Assembly: GCA_963753595.1 (NCBI GenBank) | Contig: CAVWCX010000030.1 | Span: 33,985-97,984, forward strand | Reading direction: 5' to 3' | Source: Candidatus Methanoperedenaceae archaeon | GTDB taxonomy: Archaea; Halobacteriota; Methanosarcinia; Methanosarcinales; Methanoperedenaceae | DNA: 64,000 nt | Shown here: positions 60,405-64,000 of the stretch, piece after piece | Layout: the number at the start of each line of letters is the position of its first letter | How positions within the stretch are numbered: the stretch's first letter is position 1 | Made by a program: the position numbers and the translations under genes | The notes under the pieces: generated by a model | The model's input: the letters and a program-made list of their open reading frames with translations, nothing else | Told to the model about the DNA's origin: nothing | Databases searched by the model: none

Positions 60405-61262
60405 TCAGTTCTCAGTTTCGCAAAGAGACTTTTTAGCATTCTGATAACTTTGCTCCGCTATCGTTTTACTGCCCTGAAGTTCCAAAATCTTCAAATTAAA
60501 AGACCGCGCGAAATCCCTTACATTTTCGTCGAAGTCCGGCTCATACGAAAGCCCGGTATTGATCTTCGCAACCTTCCCGTACCTCTTCATATACATTTTA
60601 CCAAGCTCGGAAATCTCTGAGATCATTTCTTTCGGAATCTCCATCCGTCCTGAACCCCACATCGGGGTAAGGTAAAACGTACCCTCGTTGTTTGCCATCG
60701 CTTCATCATAGACATCGTTCCCGCCAAGTGCAACGCTGATACAGTCTTCTACGATCTCCCCTTTGTCATCTTTCAGGAAGTAAAGCTGGCATTCAAGACC
60801 TTCAAAATCTTTTTCAATGTTTACAAGCGAATGCCCGCATGTGCCGTAGAAAATAAGGATACTGTCTGAAAAACGGGACATTTCCCTGATATTCCTGTAC
60901 ACTTCCGCTTTCAGCAATTTAACGTCCATATGCAATCCCATCTTAAGCATGTTGGCAACTACTGTTACTCTTGTTTTATGCCTGTTTTCCAGTCTGCTGC
61001 GGATTTTTTCAGTGAAGCGAAGACCAAAGACCGGCTTCAGGATTGCCAGAAAGGAGTGGTTCGTCTCACCTTTCAGGATTTCCTGGACTCTGTCCAGCGG
61101 AGCCAGTGCAGGAAAGCATCCCAGCGATTTTAGCTTTCTTTGCAGTCCAAAACATTCAGTTTTCTCTACAAGTATCAGCTGCTCAAGATCGCTGTCCTTT
61201 GAGAGCACGTATGCAAGTTCGTCTTCAAGCATATCGCATGCAATTATGCTTAATACCGGCAT
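60405..61262 (-). CDS. DUF1638 domain protein
   Basis: IIACDML, GLH, FYGTCG, DCISVALG, FYLTPMW, INTG. Confidence 0.8.
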   Translation of the reverse strand: MPVLSIIACDMLEDELAYVLSKDSDLEQLILVEKTECFGLQRKLKSLGCFPALAPLDRVQEILKGETNHSFLAILKPVFGLRFTEKIRSRLENRHKTRVTVVANMLKMGLHMDVKLLKAEVYRNIREMSRFSDSILIFYGTCGHSLVNIEKDFEGLECQLYFLKDDKGEIVEDCISVALGGNDVYDEAMANNEGTFYLTPMWGSGRMEIPKEMISEISELGKMYMKRYGKVAKINTGLSYEPDFDENVRDFARSFNLKILELQGSKTIAEQSYQNAKKSLCETEN

Positions 61263-61504
61263 TCATGAACCTCGTGTTAATTGATGATATATTGCCTTAT
61301 CTATTTTACGAGCTAGCCATTCCGATATATCTTTATTGACCGAAATGGATTGCATACTTCAGGAAGAACTCTGATCAGTCCTGAAGTATAAACTTCATCG
61401 GAAATATTTGCTGATGACCTAAAAAAGTTTTTGATATCCTTTCCAATTCTGATCTTGTCATCCTTCTGCAATTGAATTTAATTTAGTTTTGCCTCAAACC
61501 TGCA

Positions 61505-62872
61505 TCAGGTTTCATAATCCTTATATGCATTCTTCATCTGCCGGGCAACTTTCATCCTGAGAGATATCAAACCCGGTATTTCTTTCAATGGATATTTCCT
61601 CATGAATGAAATGCTCTTTCCCAGAGGTATTGTATCGAAATACAAAGAATTGAGATTATTGAAAAATTCTTTTAAAGGAAGTTTTGTTGGAAGCTGGGTA
61701 TGGATAAAATCAAAGAGATCATAATCATTGGTAATGAGACGATCTTTGACTTCTTCATAAAAATCTGCCCCGGGTAAAGGAGTAAGAACAGCAAAGCTTG
61801 CGAAACTGAGTTCCATTCCCCTGCAATATTCTTTAAATTCTTTAAAATCTTCTTCATTAAAATCCGGCCTGACAATGAACGACGCATAGATCTCTATGCC
61901 GTTTGCATTCAATATTTTAATTGCTTCTTTATTATTTTCGACAGTTGAACCTTTATTAATATATTTCAGGTCTTCATCCCTGAAAAATTCAAGTCCCACA
62001 AAAACTCTTTCAAGTCCGATATCTTTCCATATTTTAATAAGATCAGGATTTTTCACGATCGTATCGCTTCTTCCATAAAGAAAATAACGTTTCTTGATTC
62101 CAGCTTCCTTGATCAGTTCAGCAAGTTTTTTCATCCTGCCGGCATCAACCATGGATTCATCATCAGCAAAAAAAACATATTTTTCCTTGATACCTGATAG
62201 CTCCCTGACAATGTTTTCCGGCTTTCTTTTCAGGTACTTTCCACCTGTTAGTTTCCACAGGGCACAGAAATTACACCTGTTCGGGCATCCCTTTGATGTG
62301 CGTATCGATGCAAGCGGTCTCATCCATTCACTGTAATAGTATTTTCTGTATTTTTCCGTAAGTTCCCTGGCCGGAAAAGGAAAGATATCAAGGTCGGTTA
62401 CCGGTTCACGAGGACTCATTACCCGCTCTCCATCTTTCAAATAAGATATTCCGGCAATCCCGTCAAATGGCCTCTTAGATACAAGCCTTGAAATGATCTC
62501 CTTGAAAACAAAAACTCCCTCTCCCATCACTACAAGATCAATAGAGGGATTAAAGAAATCGTCAGGGGCAACCGTTGCATGATGGCCACCAACAACGGTA
62601 AAGATATCAGGATCAATGGTCTTGATCTTATTGAAAAGATTTTTGACCGTATTTACATGAACAGTATATGCAGTGATCCCGACAACATCCGGCCTGAATT
62701 TTTGCATTTGCGAATCAAGGTCTTTGTCGATCCGCATATCAAGTATTTTTACGTCATGTTCGCCTTTGACGCCTGAAGCTAAATATTCAAGCGCAAGCGG
62801 CTCATAAATAAAAACATCCTCTCCACCGATCGTTTTTTGGGCTTTCGCCGGCTGTATCAGTAAAATTTTCAT
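61505..62872 (-). CDS. Cobalamin-binding radical SAM protein
   Basis: PLALEYLA, GGHHAT, SKGCPNRCNFC, FADD, TPLPG. Confidence 0.92.
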   Translation of the reverse strand: MKILLIQPAKAQKTIGGEDVFIYEPLALEYLASGVKGEHDVKILDMRIDKDLDSQMQKFRPDVVGITAYTVHVNTVKNLFNKIKTIDPDIFTVVGGHHATVAPDDFFNPSIDLVVMGEGVFVFKEIISRLVSKRPFDGIAGISYLKDGERVMSPREPVTDLDIFPFPARELTEKYRKYYYSEWMRPLASIRTSKGCPNRCNFCALWKLTGGKYLKRKPENIVRELSGIKEKYVFFADDESMVDAGRMKKLAELIKEAGIKKRYFLYGRSDTIVKNPDLIKIWKDIGLERVFVGLEFFRDEDLKYINKGSTVENNKEAIKILNANGIEIYASFIVRPDFNEEDFKEFKEYCRGMELSFASFAVLTPLPGADFYEEVKDRLITNDYDLFDFIHTQLPTKLPLKEFFNNLNSLYFDTIPLGKSISFMRKYPLKEIPGLISLRMKVARQMKNAYKDYET

Positions 62873-64000
62873 AATTCCTCCTGTTTAGTACGATATACCT
62901 TTCCTTCATCACCATCTACCGTGAGCTGTTCTCCATCTTTCAAAGTCTTCATCACCCCAGGCACATTGACCACCGCAGGAATACCGTATTCCCTTGCCAC
63001 GATAGCGCCGTGAGATGTATAACCGCCCACTTCCATCACAAGAGCTTTTGCCCTCAGGAACAGGGGTGTCCATCCAGGATCCGTGGAAGGTGCAACAAGT
63101 ACATCGCCCTTCTGAAGCTTTGTATTCTCACCCGGATGCCGGACGATCCTGGCAACTCCTGATGCCCGTCCGGCTGCCACGCCAAGACCCCTTATCACCC
63201 TGCCATGGACTTCAGATGATCGCAAAAGCGGCTGCGGCACTTCATCGATGATGACATCAGGGGGTTCAAGTTTAGATAACTCCTCACGCAGGTCTTTTCG
63301 CTCAGAAACCAGCAGTTTCAATCCCGCGCCATCCCAGTATCCCGTAAGGATCGCGATAATCTCAGGTAGAGAGCAGTGATACACATCAATTTGCTGCTCC
63401 AGTATCCCTCTTTCCACCATCCTTCGACCTATTTCCTGGAAAAGCGAACGCGAAGGTTCAAATGTCTTGACAAGTACGGATCTTGACATTTCCCTCATCT
63501 GGGCGCCCTTTACTGCCTGGGCGGTCCACATGTTGAGCTTAATCCTCTTCAAACCCCATTTCATTTTAGCTGCAATTTCTCCTTCCACAGCCTTCTTCTT
63601 TGCAGCCCTGGCTTCCCTGTAACCTTGATTTCCACCTGATTTGACCTGCGCCCGTATGTTCTCAAGCAGATACCGCGGATACTCCCTCCATCGCGGGTTC
63701 ATTATTTCACTCTCATAAACTCCCCTGTGCCCATATTCCTTAAGGAATTCCTCAAATTCCTTCATGAATATGGAGTCTTCCGGGATTGCATCCCTGAATA
63801 AAGATGGATCGAAGTTCTCTGCTGTGAAGTAGCTAAAAGCAGCATTATCCTTTCTTGCGGTCTCCGCTAGGTCCATTAGCCTGTAACCATGCTGCGCGCT
63901 TGTCATGTTCTCTGAAGCACCTGCCAGGAGACTGTTGGCAAGCGAGTAACCGCGGCCGGGAAAATCCGTATCCAGTATTTTGGCCATCAACTCAAAAGGA
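62869..64000 (-). CDS. PEP-utilising phosphotransferase (rifampicin phosphotransferase / PEP synthase-like), 5' part outside the window
   Basis: YGHRG..E..PRWRE, TDPGWTPLF, GGYTSHGAIVAREYGIPAVV phospho-His domain. Confidence 0.85.
   Translation of the reverse strand, partial: PFELMAKILDTDFPGRGYSLANSLLAGASENMTSAQHGYRLMDLAETARKDNAAFSYFTAENFDPSLFRDAIPEDSIFMKEFEEFLKEYGHRGVYESEIMNPRWREYPRYLLENIRAQVKSGGNQGYREARAAKKKAVEGEIAAKMKWGLKRIKLNMWTAQAVKGAQMREMSRSVLVKTFEPSRSLFQEIGRRMVERGILEQQIDVYHCSLPEIIAILTGYWDGAGLKLLVSERKDLREELSKLEPPDVIIDEVPQPLLRSSEVHGRVIRGLGVAAGRASGVARIVRHPGENTKLQKGDVLVAPSTDPGWTPLFLRAKALVMEVGGYTSHGAIVAREYGIPAVVNVPGVMKTLKDGEQLTVDGDEGKVYRTKQEEL

Noticed and set aside
1-64000. tRNA, rRNA or pyrrolysine read-through genes
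   Set aside because: None recognised by eye; a covariance search was not possible, so small ncRNAs cannot be excluded.

Overview
This is an archaeal genomic window. Evidence: rps19e, PDCD5-like protein, archaeal TpiA, Elp3, an MfnD-like methanofuran ligase, a NarI/HdrE-like cytochrome b and several KaiC-like ATPases. The gene set suggests a Methanosarcinales-type methane-metabolising archaeon, possibly Methanoperedens-like (inference only). 1-17 kb is mostly core: a C-terminally short CysRS, a KaiC / KaiC-GTPase / Roadblock module coupled to rps19e, an acyl-CoA ligase-GNAT fusion, tpiA-elp3, mfnD and queH. 17-39 kb is accessory: three MacB/LolD-type ABC loci (one broken by an ISAzo13 element with a TTA duplication), duplicated regulators, methyltransferases, and a family of periodic hairpin repeats. 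One hairpin carries a GxxExxY nuclease gene in its loop; others are interrupted at the same register by a second miniature element. 39.5-51.3 kb holds the standout: a terpenoid cluster with a signal-peptide-bearing squalene-hopene-cyclase-like enzyme (intact DxDD), GGPP synthase, two UbiA prenyltransferases, a decayed geranylgeranyl reductase, a CrtC/AttH-like secreted protein and tailoring enzymes. 52-64 kb has a tandem array of MDR oxidoreductases and DUF4386 proteins, a collapsed two-component locus, and a PEP-utilising enzyme / B12-radical SAM / DUF1638 cluster. Several single-base frameshifts fall in homopolymers and may be sequencing errors. No rRNA, tRNA or CRISPR array was recognised. 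All family assignments are by eye from motifs; no searches were run.
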